From Felis catus (lineage: Eukaryota), in assembly GCF_018350175.1 (NCBI RefSeq), contig NC_058372.1, positions 39,866,001 to 39,930,000 on the forward strand: DNA of 64,000 nt, read 5' to 3'. Below the pieces are notes generated by a model, which saw only the letters and a program-made list of their open reading frames with translations, was not told the DNA's origin and made no database searches. Made by a program: the position numbers and the translations under genes. Each line of letters opens with the position of its first letter. Position 1 is the stretch's first letter. Shown in pieces: positions 12,893 through 33,810 of this stretch.

Positions 12893-21223
<8,331 letters not shown>

Positions 21224-21310
21224 GGTTCTTGTTCCCAGCTGGCCACAGAGGGAGAGCCACTCCAGGTTGACTGTTGCAGTGGAGGGAAGGCCCTGAGCAC
21301 TCCTTCTGCC

Positions 21311-21316
21311 TTTATA
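21311..21316 (-). promoter_or_regulatory. PGC: PGC TATA box (TATAAA)
   Basis: TTTATA on the plus strand, about 90 nt upstream of the ATG. Confidence 0.8.
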
Positions 21317-21622
21317 CCCCCCGGGATCGAGCCCAGTCCCTGCCTCCCGGCCCTAGGCAAAAGTGTGACCTCAATCCCGAGTGCACCCTGTGCTCCGGGT
21401 GTCTGTGGTTTCTGTGCGTTTTCCTTCTGGAGGGTGGCCACAGAGCACTTTCTTCTTCTTCGCTTTTTAATACAAGCAGAGGACGCCAAACAAGTGTGCA
21501 TAAGAGTTGCCATAAGATGGGCTGGTGAGGATTTCTTCTCGTCCAGGAACAGTGGCATGATGTGCGCATTTTGGGGTGAGGGCCAGGGTCAGGTAGACTG
21601 AGGGCCGTAGGACCTCCATGGG

Positions 21623-21833
21623 CAAGTTTTCACATCCTCAACACTATTGCCATTTTGGAACATATAATTTTTAGGGGCCGGGGGGGGGCTGTCCTGTGCA
21701 CTGTAGATGTCTAGCAGTATTCCTGACCTCTATGCACGGGATGTCACCAGCAGGACCCTAGTTGTGACAAACAAAAATGTCTCAGGGCATGGCCCAGTGT
21801 CCACCTAAGGGGCAAAATTGTTGAGCATCCCTG
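21623..21833 (+). mobile_element. MER20 fossil upstream of the PGC promoter
   Basis: ACACTATTG..CTGTCCTGTGCACTGTAG..AGTTGTGACAAACAAAAATGTCTC..GGGGCAAAATTG signature. Confidence 0.75.
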
Positions 21834-24800
21834 GTCTGGACACGATGCACTCGGAAGTCTGGCCAAATCCTGGTTTCCAGCACCCCCCGAGACCTCGTGG
21901 GATGCAATTTGGTTGACTGGGGGATGATGGGGCCGGTACCTGGGATGATGGTAATGACCACGGGGTGGGTAGTGAGGGCGGTGTTGATGGTGGCGATGCG
22001 GCAATATCCTTAGCTCTAAAGCAGGTGCTGGGGCTGAGATGCCAGTGGCTGAGGTCAGAGCTATTTGCAGCAAAAGGGGGTCAAATGGAGAGATGGTCAT
22101 CAGGGTTCAGCAGGTGCTGGGGACACACCCCTGATGTAAATTACACTGGCCCCTGGCTGTTCCACTTGTACTGATTTGCAACAAAGGGAGGCCTGGGGCA
22201 GAGGCAGAGGAGGAGGGGACAGCCAGAACTTGCCTCTGTTCATTGTCTCTCTTCTCCGGCCCCATTAGACTTCCCCTGTCTTTAGCGCTCCTGAAATGCC
22301 TGTGTCCCCCAGGGCTGTCATGTGCTGCTTTTCTGCCCCTGAGTCTAGTCAACCCAGGCCTCTCTCCCTCGTCTGCTGGCCCTCCCTGCTTCCTGGCTAC
22401 AAGTTTCTCATTGCCTGAGATGATCCGGAGCTGGCCCAGTGTGCACCAGCCTGGCACAAGACAGCGCCCACTTTGGGGGGAGTAGAAAAATATTCCCGTG
22501 TCAAAACGCTCCCTGCCCCCTTGTAGCGCACACTCAGGGCCCCAAACACATTTGTCAGGCCCTCAAGCCCCACACCAAAGGCCACAACCGGGCCTGCAGA
22601 CACTGACATGACCCAGCCGGTGGGGGGTTTTCTCCTCGGCCACCAGCATCCACCGTCCAGCCAGAGCCCCAGAGCCTCCCCTAGTCCTACGATGGGGGAG
22701 GGGAAGAGGGCACTAGAGGTCTTCCCAGGCCTGGCCCAGAATGGGATGCACCTGCCTGATTGTGTCCCTGCAGTCCCCAGGGTCCCCAGGAGTCCGAGAT
22801 GGAAGGAAGACAAGGGAATGAAGAAGTGTTTTCCCCAGAGCAGGGGACCCGAAGATTTGGAAGAGCAGGCCAAAGAAAGGCATAGATTCATTGGAATCTT
22901 GACAAAACCTATGAATACACCAGAACCCATGGGATCCCCTAAGTTTTGTGAGGCCTGCCAGACTCCCCAGCATGGGGCCGCCAGGGACCATTTCCTTATC
23001 TGGTAGGACCCCAGGAGTCTGACACCTGCCAGGCTAACCTTCCTCCCAACCCCAGCCACACCACCTCCCTTTGAGCATCCCTGGCCCACTGCTTCAAGCC
23101 AGGCCTCCCTTCTTGGCTGCCAGGCCCTGGGGGGTCTGCACCCCCTCCCTACCCAACCTGATCTTTGACAGCTCAGCCAGTCTCCTCGGACATTCCAAGT
23201 CCTCATCTGTGTCTGTCTCAACCCCGAAGACCCAGCCTCCCATATGTGGAAAGCTCTCCCTTCTATGTGTCCAAATTCTGCTCATCCTTCAAGTTCTGTC
23301 CTCCAGAGCCAGGGATCCACAGTCTGAGAACTCCTTAGAAGTCATCCAGGGATGTGCAGTTGGAGGGCCCCTCTTTCTACGCAGGACAGAAGCCCCCTGG
23401 CCCCGGTGGCGTTTCTTTTCTGCCCCTAAATGCTGCACATCCAGCTGACGCTCTCCCCTTGGTGCTGGATCTCACACTGTCTCAGATCAGTCTCAGTCGT
23501 TTCCTGGGATATGTTTGCCTCTCCCCCTAGACTAGAAGCTTCCAGAGGACAGAGACTGCCACTTGTACCTCCCTATGCCTGGTCGAGAGCTCAGGCAATG
23601 CTGAACAGTAGCTGGAATCCAAGGGGTTGTCCTTGATGGGACGTGGTTTATCTCCCCCGCCCCATTATCCCAACACTGTGATTCCCCCCTCACACACACG
23701 CACGCGCTCCAAAGGGATCTTGTCAAAATCCAGGACCTGGCATCCTCTCAGAGCAATTGTCTCCCAGGACAGAGGCACTTTCTCAGCACCCTCTGGTCTC
23801 ATCTCCTTCTGAGCACCACCTACCTCAAAACTCATCAAAGGCCCCTTGTGGCTAACTGAATGAAACCCAATCTCATCACCCTGGCCTTGAGGTCACGCTG
23901 AGTCTGGCGCTTTCCCCCCATTTCCGTTCTCGTCTTCCACCACTAACCTACACATGCTCTATTCTCCAGCCAAAGAGACCACCTGGCTTTCTCCCAAGGA
24001 TGTTATTTGCCAACCTCCAGGCCTTTATCCATGCCGTGCCGTCTATCTGGGATGCCTTCCTAAGCGTCTGCACCTGCAAAACCTCCTCCTCCTTCAAGAG
24101 CCAGTACAAACGCCACAAAGCCTTCCCCACTGTGCCCACCTACACTCAACCTGGCCCCTGTTATGGAGGACCTTGCCTTTCCTTCCCGTATGGTATTTAT
24201 TGCGTACCGTCTTCTATCCCAGTGACTCGCCCCCTATCCTACCACCCGTAACTACAGACGAGGTCTCTCCCTGAACACGCTTCCTTCAAGAGCTCATTCA
24301 TTTTTCAGAGTGTCTACACAAGTGACACTGGTTGCTGGGAGTGTCTCAGGAACAAATGGCAAGGACCTGGGGTGCACACTCGCATGCTAATCCTTCCTCC
24401 CCGGCAGACATCATTAATCAAACGTATCACTCTTTCCCGTAGTGCTGAGCCAAGGCTCTAGGATCCTTCCCAGTCTAGCGCCCCATTCAGCCATTCTCAA
24501 TCGATCTTGAAATGAGAATCCCCAAGCCCTTTAATGGAGGGTGGGTGGGGGGTTTTTTCCCCTTAAATCTGACACTAAGTTTCACTTAGCGTCCTATACA
24601 ATACTACTTTTTAAAAATTAAGGCATCTTGAAACTACAACTCTTTGCACTGTTCCAAGTTAGCCTCTCGCTGTGAATGTACACACTTAGGTTTAACATAG
24701 CTGTAATCAGTGTGAAACACTGCTTCTGTTCTGCTCTTGTACGAAGATTCCTGCGTACACATTTCTGTGCAGTGAGAAAAGCACGTTCTTATCACTTTCG

Positions 24801-24984
24801 ATGGCTGTATGCATTGAGTGTGCTACCATCCTCATTGCTGGGATTACTTAGCCCCATTAATTTGGGCTCATTCCAATTTCTCATCACTATCAATAGCACT
24901 TGGGCTCAGAATCAAATAATTATCCAGAAGAAGAGAGTAGTGAGCTCATTATCAGAGTCATTTAAGCAGAAGCTAAAGGGTATC

Positions 24985-25180
24985 TTTTTTTTTTTTTTTT
25001 TTTTTTTTTTTTGAGAGACAGCACAAGTCTAGAAGGGGCAGAGAGAGAGACGGACAGAGGATCCGAAGCCAGCTCCATGCTGAAAGCAGCAAGCCCAATG
25101 CAACATGGGGTTCAAACTCATGAACCATGAGATCGTGACCTGAGCCGAAGTTGGATGCTCAACCGACTTAAAAGGCGCCC
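24985..25180 (-). mobile_element. Carnivore SINE
   Basis: Poly-T plus reverse SINE body; TAAAGGGTA repeated on both flanks. Confidence 0.85.
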
Positions 25181-25349
25181 CTAAAGGGTACCTTTTAAGA
25201 CATAGTGGTTCAGGACTCTCTTGCAGCTGGTGGAAGATCGGGCCAGGGATCTCAGTCTCTCTCTGTATTCGATCCCCTGAAATAAGCCCACACAGCCAAA
25301 TGACCTCACTGCAGCCCTGGGCACAGGTGCTCTATAAGACTTTGGCAGC

Positions 25350-25560
25350 CTGGGTGGCTCAGTCTGTTAAGCGTCCGACTTCGACTCAGGTCATGATCTC
25401 ACGGTCCCTGAGTTTGAGCCCCGCGTCGGGCTCTGTGCTGACAGCTCGGAGCCTGGAGCCTGCTTTGGATTCTGTGTCTCCCTCTCTCTCTGCCCCTCCC
25501 CTACTCACGCTGTCTGTCTCTGTCTCTCTCAAAAATAAATAAACATTAAAAACAATTTTT
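25350..25560 (+). mobile_element. Felid SINE, 5' clipped
   Basis: Flanking repeat AAGACTTTGGCAGCCTG, merging into the SINE head by microhomology. Confidence 0.88.
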
Positions 25561-25788
25561 TTGAAGACTTTGGCAGCCTGTCTAGTGAAGTTTACTTACG
25601 GCTTCAGCTGCTGTATTGATTTTTCCTTAAATTTTGTATCTATTTTATTTTTTCTTTTTTAAATCTGTTTTATTCTTATGTCGGGAGTTTAATCAAAACT
25701 ACTGGGGACAAAACAAAAAACAAATAAAATCTACTGGGGACATACTGGTCGAATTTTTTTTTCAAGTTCAAGAATTTATGCATTGTAA

Positions 25789-25991
25789 TGTTTTTATTTA
25801 TTTTTGAGACAGAGAGAGACAGAGTATGAGCAGGGGAGGGGCAGAGAGAGAGGGAGACACAGAATCCGAAGCAGGCTCCAGGCTCTGAGCTGTCAGCACA
25901 GAGCCCGACGCAGGGCTCAAACCCACGGACCGTGAGATCATGACCTGAGCCGAAGTCGGACGCTTAACCAACTGAGCCACCCAGGCGCCCC
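25789..25991 (-). mobile_element. Felid SINE
   Basis: Near-consensus body; flanking repeat AAGAATTTATGCATTGTAA on both sides. Confidence 0.92.
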
Positions 25992-26009
25992 AAGAATTTA
26001 TGCATTGTA

Positions 26010-26780
26010 AAAAAAATTTTATTTTGACATAATTTTCTACCTAGAGAAAAGTGGCAAACGTAGTACAGAGTGCTCCCATATTCCTTTTATGCAAAATCCC
26101 CTGATGTTACCATCTGACATCATGCCATATTGCAGTGATCAAATCCAGGAAATTTACCCTGAAAACCAATCAGTGAACATTATGCTAATTTCACCAACAT
26201 TCCCACTAAGGTCCGTTTTCTGATTCAGGATTCGATCTAGGTCCCCACTCTGTGTTCTGTTTCCGTGTCTTAGTCTCCTTCAGTCTGTGAGAGTTCCTCA
26301 GTTTTTGTCTTTTGTGACCTTGCCACACGTCAAGAGCGCTGAGCAACCATTTGGTGGAATGGCCCTCAGTGGAGGCTATTCTGATGTTTTCTCATGAGGC
26401 GATTGAGGGCATGCATTTTGGGGCAGCAAGCACTGAGGAGATACCCCCTTGTCAGTGCATGATATGAGACCTACATGCTATGGATGTGGCTCATACTGGA
26501 GATTTGACCTTAATCACTTGTTTCAGGCGAGGTCTACCAGATTTCTCTACTGTACAGTCACTACCTTTCCCTTGATAATTAGTGAGTATCTTCCGGGAGA
26601 TACTTTGAGACTATGTAATACTGTTTGTCGTTGGTATTCAGCCCACTAGTTTCACATGTTACCGATTCTTGCCTGTAACTATCCATCCTGATGGTGTTTG
26701 CCCGGTGGGGCTTTTCTGTATCCATTTACTCCTTCTGATTTATTATTTAGAGTTCTACTGTAAGCAAGAGCTGGGTTCAA
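26010..26780 (-). mobile_element. Old L1M 3' fragment
   Basis: TTATTTTGACATAATTT..AGAAAAGTGGCAAA..GTACAGAG..CTCCCATAT..CAGGATTCGATCTAGG pattern typical of L1M 3' UTRs. Confidence 0.55.
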
Positions 26781-28924
26781 GGTTTTAAACTGGACACTTC
26801 CTTATCTGCCAAAATATCCCCTCACTGAAGGTGTGCTGGGCGGGGCATTTTATATTTGGATGATTGGGCCACCCTCACGACAATCCCGTAAGATAGGTTA
26901 CCTTATCCCCATTCTACACGGGAGTCCATTTCATCCATCTGTGTCTCAAACAACTAGAAATTGAGCTCCGTGTATACAAGTGGAGAAATAGACTGATGGT
27001 TTTTTTCCTCTGGTCTATTGATTAACATACCTTTGCTCCCAGACAGCAGCTTGTCTGGCTGGCTTAGGTGGAAAGGGCGGGGGGCATTGGGGGGGGGGGC
27101 AGGGCATTTCACACTGCCCCCCAGCTGCCGGAAGGGGAAGGATGGGGCAGAGCTTCGGGGTCAGATGGAATCCAGACACCACTAGGACCTTTTGGCTTCT
27201 TCTCATCCCTGCCTTGCTTCTGTCCCCCACCGCCCCCTCTCACTACGTGCTGGCTTTCTCCACATTACTGACCACAGACAGCTGACTTTCACGCTTCCAG
27301 AGAAAGAATGAAACCAGAGTTCCTTGAGGAATGCCTTGAATTCCTGACCCACTCCTGGACCAGCCATCTGTGGCCAGCAGCAGGGCCCAAGGCAACCTGG
27401 AGGCTCCCTCGGGAAGCATTCTGAAGAGTGTAGACAGGCGAAGTCCCCAGAGGAGGTATGGGATGTTTCTGGGCAAATCTCAGAGATGTCCGTGCACGTG
27501 CATTTCTGATGACATGTGGACCCTGCCGCTAACTCTTCCTCACCTCTCTTTGCACAAGTTCCGGAGTGTGATGGTGACATGTGACATGCAATTGACTCTA
27601 GAAGACCAATCTCCACCACTTGTTGACCCTTTGACCCCAACCATCACTCACCCTTTCTGAGCCTGAAATTCCCTGACCGTAAAATGGGGATAATATCATC
27701 CCCACAGGGTTGCTGCAGTAATCCAATAAGGTCACAATTGTGAGAGTGCCGGTGGGGGGGATGGGCAAGCCCCCTATAACCGTCAGCTGAGTCGGAATCG
27801 CCCTTTTTAATGGGGCAGGGGCTGGAGGCAGGAGCTAAAGAGGAAAAGGGACTTTGGGGAGTGCCCAGAACGTTCTCTTTCTTGTCCTGAGTTCCAGTTC
27901 CAAGGTCTGTTGAAGTCAGGGAGCTGTATACTCACGATATGTACACCTTTCTGGATGCGTATTGTGCTTTGATTCACGTCTCATAAAGTCACGTCTCAAA
28001 CAGAAGGAAGAGGAGAAAGAGAAAGGAGAGAAGAAAGGAGACTGAACGCCTGCCCTTGGAAAACCCCCAGAACGAAGGAGGGAGGCTGTCCCTGCTCAGG
28101 GAGTTCCCACCTGATGGGGACAAGGCAGGTTCCCTGCGACAACACTGTCTCCAGTAGCAGAGAAGTAGAGATGCCATCAGGGACAATATGGAGCACATCT
28201 TCTTGCACAGCTATGGACTGACTGTAACATACGTATTTTTTTCACTACACAGAAGTTTACTGTGAAAGTAAATTAAACGTACAAACACGCACCATGGCTA
28301 ACGGTGGCAAAAGCCGTGTGTGATAGCTTAGGGCAAGTTTTAACGGAGATGAATTTAGAAAAGACGATGTCATGATCGAATTTTGCCGAAACCTAGATGA
28401 TGGGAAAATATCAAATTGCATCAATCGCTTAATAAAAGTTTTCAAAGCCTGCACTATTGGAGAAAAGGGGGCTTATGATCTTAACGCCAGCATGAAGACA
28501 GACGCCAGCAGCACTGTGCTAAATGACAGGAAGAATTGAGTATTTACAGAAGGCTGGTGCTGTGGACATTGACTAACACGTGACCTTAGTTACTGGTGGA
28601 ATGAACGCCCTTAGCTAGAAGCGATAGAGAAAAATGTGCCATCATCATCATGGTATTAAAAAAATTAAGTGCAGGAGTCAAAAACCAAGGAGCTCTGTGA
28701 TAAAGTAACCCTAAAACGAAGGGCCACTCAAAAGGCGATTCCCTCAGGGGAAATTAGGGCACTGAGTATGTAAACGTGGGCCGCACAACACTAAATACCA
28801 ACCAAATTCATTCATAGCACTAGTTACACAAGATCAGCACGGTCTTTTGTGATGCATTATTGTTTGTAACAATTGAAGCACTCTCCTTACCATGCGTGAC
28901 TCCAACTATATAACAAATGTATCT

Positions 28925-29236
28925 ATTTTTTAAATTTTAATGTTTATTTATTTTTGAGAGAGAGAGAGACAGAGTGGGAGCAGGGAGGAGAAGAGAGAGA
29001 GGGAGACACAGAATCCGAAGCAGGCTCCGGGCTCCAAGCCGTCTGCATGGAGCTTGACGCGGGCCTCAAACCCATGAACCTTGAGATCATGACCTGAGCA
29101 GAAGTCGGATGTTTAACCAAGTGAGCCACCCAGGTGCCCCTATAGCAAATATTTTTATTCTGAGATACAGGATATGTTTATGAATTATAAGACCTATATA
29201 TACAATGAAAGTCACACCTCCTTTATCAATCAAATA

Positions 29237-29281
<45 letters not shown>

Positions 29282-29426
29282 AGAGAAAGAGACAGAGAGA
29301 GAACAAGCAGGGGAGAGGCAGAGAAGGAGACAGGGAGAGTCCCCAGCAGGCTCAACACAGTGCAAAGAGCCCAACTCGGGGCCTCAAACTCATGAATGGT
29401 GAGATCATGACCTGAGCCACCCAGGC

Positions 29427-29460
<34 letters not shown>

Positions 29461-30355
29461 TTTTAAATGTGATGACCTTATTAAGACTTCAGTCCCTTTT
29501 CTAAATTGACCATGTCAGATTTTCAAACTCTTTATAATAATACCATTCTAGTATGATAAAATACATTTTTTCAAAAATTCAGACATGTAGTAACATTTAA
29601 TGAATATGACCATGAAAAATATTTGTAAGGGGGTGCCAAATGACTTAGCACTTTTTTCCAGTCTTGTAGTTAGAAAAAGGGGTGGAGGGTGCACCTGGGT
29701 GGCTCAGTTGTTTAAGTGTCGGACTCTTGATTTAGGCTCAGGTCATGAACTCACCATTTGTGAGTTCCAGGCCCGAGCTGGGCTCTGCACACTGACTGCA
29801 GAGAGCCTGCTTGGGATTCTCCCTCTTCCTCCCTCTCTGCCCCTCCTCCACTTGTGCTCTCTCTCAAAATAAATAAACTTATAAATAAATAAATAAATAA
29901 AAATACAAAAAGGGGCAGGGAACCTGGGTGGCTCAGTCGGTTATGCATCCGACTCTTGGTTTTTTGCTCAGGTCATGATCTCATGGTTCCTGAGTTCAAG
30001 CCCTGCCTCAGGTTCTGAACTGACAGTGCAGAGCCTGCTTGGGATTCTCTTGCTCTCTCTGCCCGTCCCCTGTGCAAGCACGTGTGCGTGCACTCTCTCT
30101 CCCTCTTTCTCAAAATACACTTTAAAAAACACACACAAATTCATGGGGCGCCTGGGTGGCTCAACTGGTTAAGCATCCGACTTCAACTCTGGTCATGATC
30201 TTGCAAGTTGTGGGTTCAAGCCCCATGCCAGGCTCTGTGCTGACAGCTCAGAGCCTGGAGCCTGCTTTGGATTCTGTGTCTCCCTCTCTCTCTGCCCCTC
30301 CCCTGCTTGTGCTCTGTCTCTGTCTCTCTCTCAAAAATAAACATTTAAAAATATT
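28925..30355. mobile_element. Cluster of five carnivore SINEs (minus: ~28925-29139, ~29260-29427; plus: ~29688-29905, ~29918-30125, ~30144-30350)
   Basis: Repeated CCTGGGTGGCTCA heads with CT-rich and A tails. Confidence 0.88.
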
Positions 30356-30374
30356 TTTAACCCAAATTTATGAC

Positions 30375-32160
30375 CCGTTGTATATACACCACATCTTCTT
30401 TATCCATTCATCCATCGATGGACATTTAGGCTCTTTCCATACTTTGGCTATTGTTGATAGTGCTGCTATAAACATGGGGGTGCATGTGCCTCTTCGAAAC
30501 AGCACACCTGTATCCCTTGGATAAATACCTCGTAGCGCAATTGCTGGGTCGTAGGGTAGTTCTATTTTTAATTTTTTGAGGAAACTCCGTACTGTTTTCC
30601 AGTCTCCATTCCCACCAACAGCGCAAAAGGGTTCCTCTTTCTCTGTACCCTCGCCAACATCTGCCATTATCTGAGTTNNNNNNNNNNNNNNNNNNNNNNN
30701 NNNNNNNNNNNNNNNNNNNNNNNNNNNNNNNNNNNNNNNNNNNNNNNNNNNNNNNNNNNNNNNNNNNNNNNNNNNNNNNNNNNNNNNNNNNNNNNNNNNN
30801 NNNNNNNNNNNNNNNNNNNNNNNNNNNNNNNNNNNNNNNNNNNNNNNNNNNNNNTTGGGGTTTTTTGGGGTGTTGAGTTTGATAAGTTCTTTATAGATTT
30901 TGGATACTACCCTTTATCTGATATATCATTTGCAAATATCTTCTCCCATTCCATCGGTTGTCTTTTAGTTTTGCTGATTGTTTCCTTCTCTGTACAGAAA
31001 GTTTTTATTTTGATGAGGTCCCAATAGTTCATTTTTGCTTTTGTTTCCCTTGCCTCTGGAGATATGTCAAGTAAGACGTTGCTCTGGCCGAGGTCAAAGA
31101 GGTTGTTGCCTGTTTTCTCCTCAAGGATTTTGATGGCTTCCTGTCTTACCTTTAGGTCTTTCATCCATTTTGAGTTTATTGTCGTGTATGGTGTAAGAAA
31201 GTGGTCCAGGTTCATTCTTCTGCATGTCGCTGTCCAGTTTTCCCAACACCACTTGCTGAAGAGACTCTTTTTTCCCATTGGACAATCTTTCCTGCTTTGT
31301 CAAAGATTAGTTGGCCGTACGTTTGCGGGTCCGTTTCTGGGTTCTCTATTCTGTTCCATTGATCTGAGTGTCTGTTCTTGTGCCAGTACCATACTGTCTT
31401 GATGATTACAGCTTTGTAGTATAGCTTGAAGTCCGGGATTGTGATGCCTCCTACTTTGGTTTTCTTTTTCAAGATTGCTGTAGCTATTCGGGGTCTTTTC
31501 TGGTTCCATACAAATTTTAGGATTATTTGTTCTAGCTCTNNNNNNNNNNNNNNNNNNNNNNNNNNNNNNNNNNNNNNNNNNNNNNNNNNNNNNNNNNNNN
31601 NNNNNNNNNNNNNNNNNNNNNNNNNNNNNNNNNNNNNNNNNNNNNNNNNNNNNNNNNNNNNNNNNNNNNNNNNNNNNNNNNNNNNNNNNNNNNNNNNNNT
31701 TTCAGTGTATGGATTTTTTTTTTTTACCTCATTGGTTAGGTTTATTCTTAGGTATTTTATGGGTTTTGGTACACCTGTAAATGGGATCTATTCCTTGATT
31801 TCTCTTTCTGCTGCTTCATTATTGGTATACAGAAATGCAACCGATTTCTATACATTGATTTTGTATCCCGCGGCTTTGCTGAATTCACACATCAGTTCTA
31901 GCAGTTTTTTGGTGGAGTCTTTTGAGTTTTCCACATAGAGTATCATATTGCCTGCAAAGAGTGAAAGTTTGACTTCCTCTTGGCTGATTTGGATGCCTTT
32001 CATTTCATTGTGCTGTCTGGTTGCTGAGGCCAGGACTTCCAACACTATGTTGAACAACAGTGGTGAGAGTGGACATCCCTGTCGTGTTCCTGACCTTAGG
32101 GGGAAAGCTCACAGTTTTTCCCCATTGAGGGTGTTATTAGCCTTGGGTCTTTCGTATATG
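30375..32160 (-). mobile_element. Carnivore LINE-1 ORF2 fragment (RT to C-terminus), frameshifted, interrupted by two N-gaps
   Basis: Translated pieces [73 protein letters not shown]. Confidence 0.93.
30678..30854. other. Assembly gap (N-run) within L1
   Basis: Ns. A second gap is at 31540-31699. Confidence 1.
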
Positions 32161-32964
32161 ATGGCCTTTGTGACAAAGACACCACAACTCTAACAACTGT
32201 AAACTTAGTGTTAAAAGGCTCTGGCAGACAGCTCTATGCTGCTAGGTTTTTAGCTTGTAAATAACGCAAGCACATCAGCAGTTTCAAAATGCCATAGGAA
32301 ACACGGAAACAAAATAAATAACCAAGAACATCTATCTAAAATGACACTGTGTAACCAACACATCTAAAATGCGAAAAATAATTAGAACTGACTGGGGGAA
32401 ACATCCCTCTGATAAAAGTTTTAATTCCTTGACTTGTTTTTTTTTTTCTTGTTTTTAAATGACAAACTTTTAAATTTATATGAGGATAAAAAGAGCTTCA
32501 CAAGTGGAGAGTTTAAAAAATCCCTAGTAGATGGCGATGGCTGGCTCAGTTGGTGGAGCAGGTGACTCTTGATCTCGGGGTCATGAGTTTGAGCCCCATG
32601 TTGGGTGTAGAGATTAAATAAATAAGGCTTAAAAAAATAAAATCTTTAAAAAAAGAACTATGTTTTACACCATAACCTTATACATGCATCCATATGATAC
32701 ATAATTAACACAAAAGCCTCACTGCCCCCTTCAAAATTCCAATCCATAGTATATGTGCGCACCCTAATTTTTCTCTTTCATTTCCTCATAAAGCACTGGT
32801 TCCAATCAAATTTGATTTCAAATGGGTTGTGAACTGCAATTTGAAAAACACTGATGTAGACATCATTGAGGCCACGTAAGCGCACGTGCACACAGACAGT
32901 GTTGCACACTCAGCTGTCATTTCACACATAAGTGATTCATCACAAGTATTTGAAACATATTTTC

Positions 32965-33169
32965 TAATGTTTATTGATTTTTAAGAGAGAGAGAGAGGCA
33001 GAGCATGAGGGAAGGAGGAGTAGAGAGAGGGGGAGACACAGAATCCGAAGCAGGCTCCAGGCTCTGAGCTGTCAGCACCGAGCCCGACGCGGGGCTCGAA
33101 CCCACGAAACGTGAGATCATGACCTGAGCCGAAGTCGGACGCTTAACCGACTGAGCCATGCAGGCACCC
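32965..33169 (-). mobile_element. Felid SINE
   Basis: Reverse SINE consensus. Confidence 0.9.
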
Positions 33170-33647
33170 CTCATCACAGGTTTTGGGAGAGCAGGGTGGT
33201 GTCTCCTCCTTCCTGGGTGTCCCGTAGTGGAGTCAAAGAGGATGCTCAATGCGTGTTTGCTCATTAGGAGCAGGGTGAGGGCTGGGAGAGAAGAGGGGCA
33301 CAGCCCAGCACATTTGGAGGTGCAGGAACCTGACGAAGACCACCATGCCTCTTGCTTTGGTTTCACCCCCTTTCCCTGGGCCAATGGAATGGAGACACCC
33401 CGCAAGCAGTAAGTGCCAAGTCTCCCACGTCTCAGGGTTAAGAAAAGGCTGAGTGATCGCTTGTGGGAGTGAGGGTAGTACCTGCTCCCGGGACTAGTTC
33501 CCGGGATTTGAGGATTCAGCGCCCAAGGAGACTGCTTTATATCCCTTCTGTCTGCACATGGCTTTGCAGGTGTTCTGGGCTTTCCAGTGGGAGTCTCCTG
33601 TCTCTGGCTAGGAAAGCTTTCAAAAGTAGGGGCGAAGCTTTTGCTGT

Positions 33648-33810
33648 GAGACTGGGGCTCCCTGAGGGCAGGCCTGTGTCTCCCCTCTCAGACTCTAGGT
33701 TCCCTGAGGCAGGGCTGTGTCTCCACACAGATTAGGGCTCCCCGAGGGCAGGGCTGTGTCTCCCCCCTCAGACTGGGATCCCTGAGGAAAGGAGTTCTGT
33801 CCTGCCCCTC
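33648..33810 (+). repeat. Second array of the ~37-40 bp GGGCTCCCTGAGGGCAGGGCTGTGTCTCCCCCTCAGACT minisatellite, about 4 units
   Basis: Direct reading; same unit as 15260-15470. Confidence 0.8.

Noticed and set aside
30368-32193. ORFs with reverse-transcriptase-associated motifs
   Set aside because: Frameshifted, truncated L1 ORF2; not an active element or host gene.
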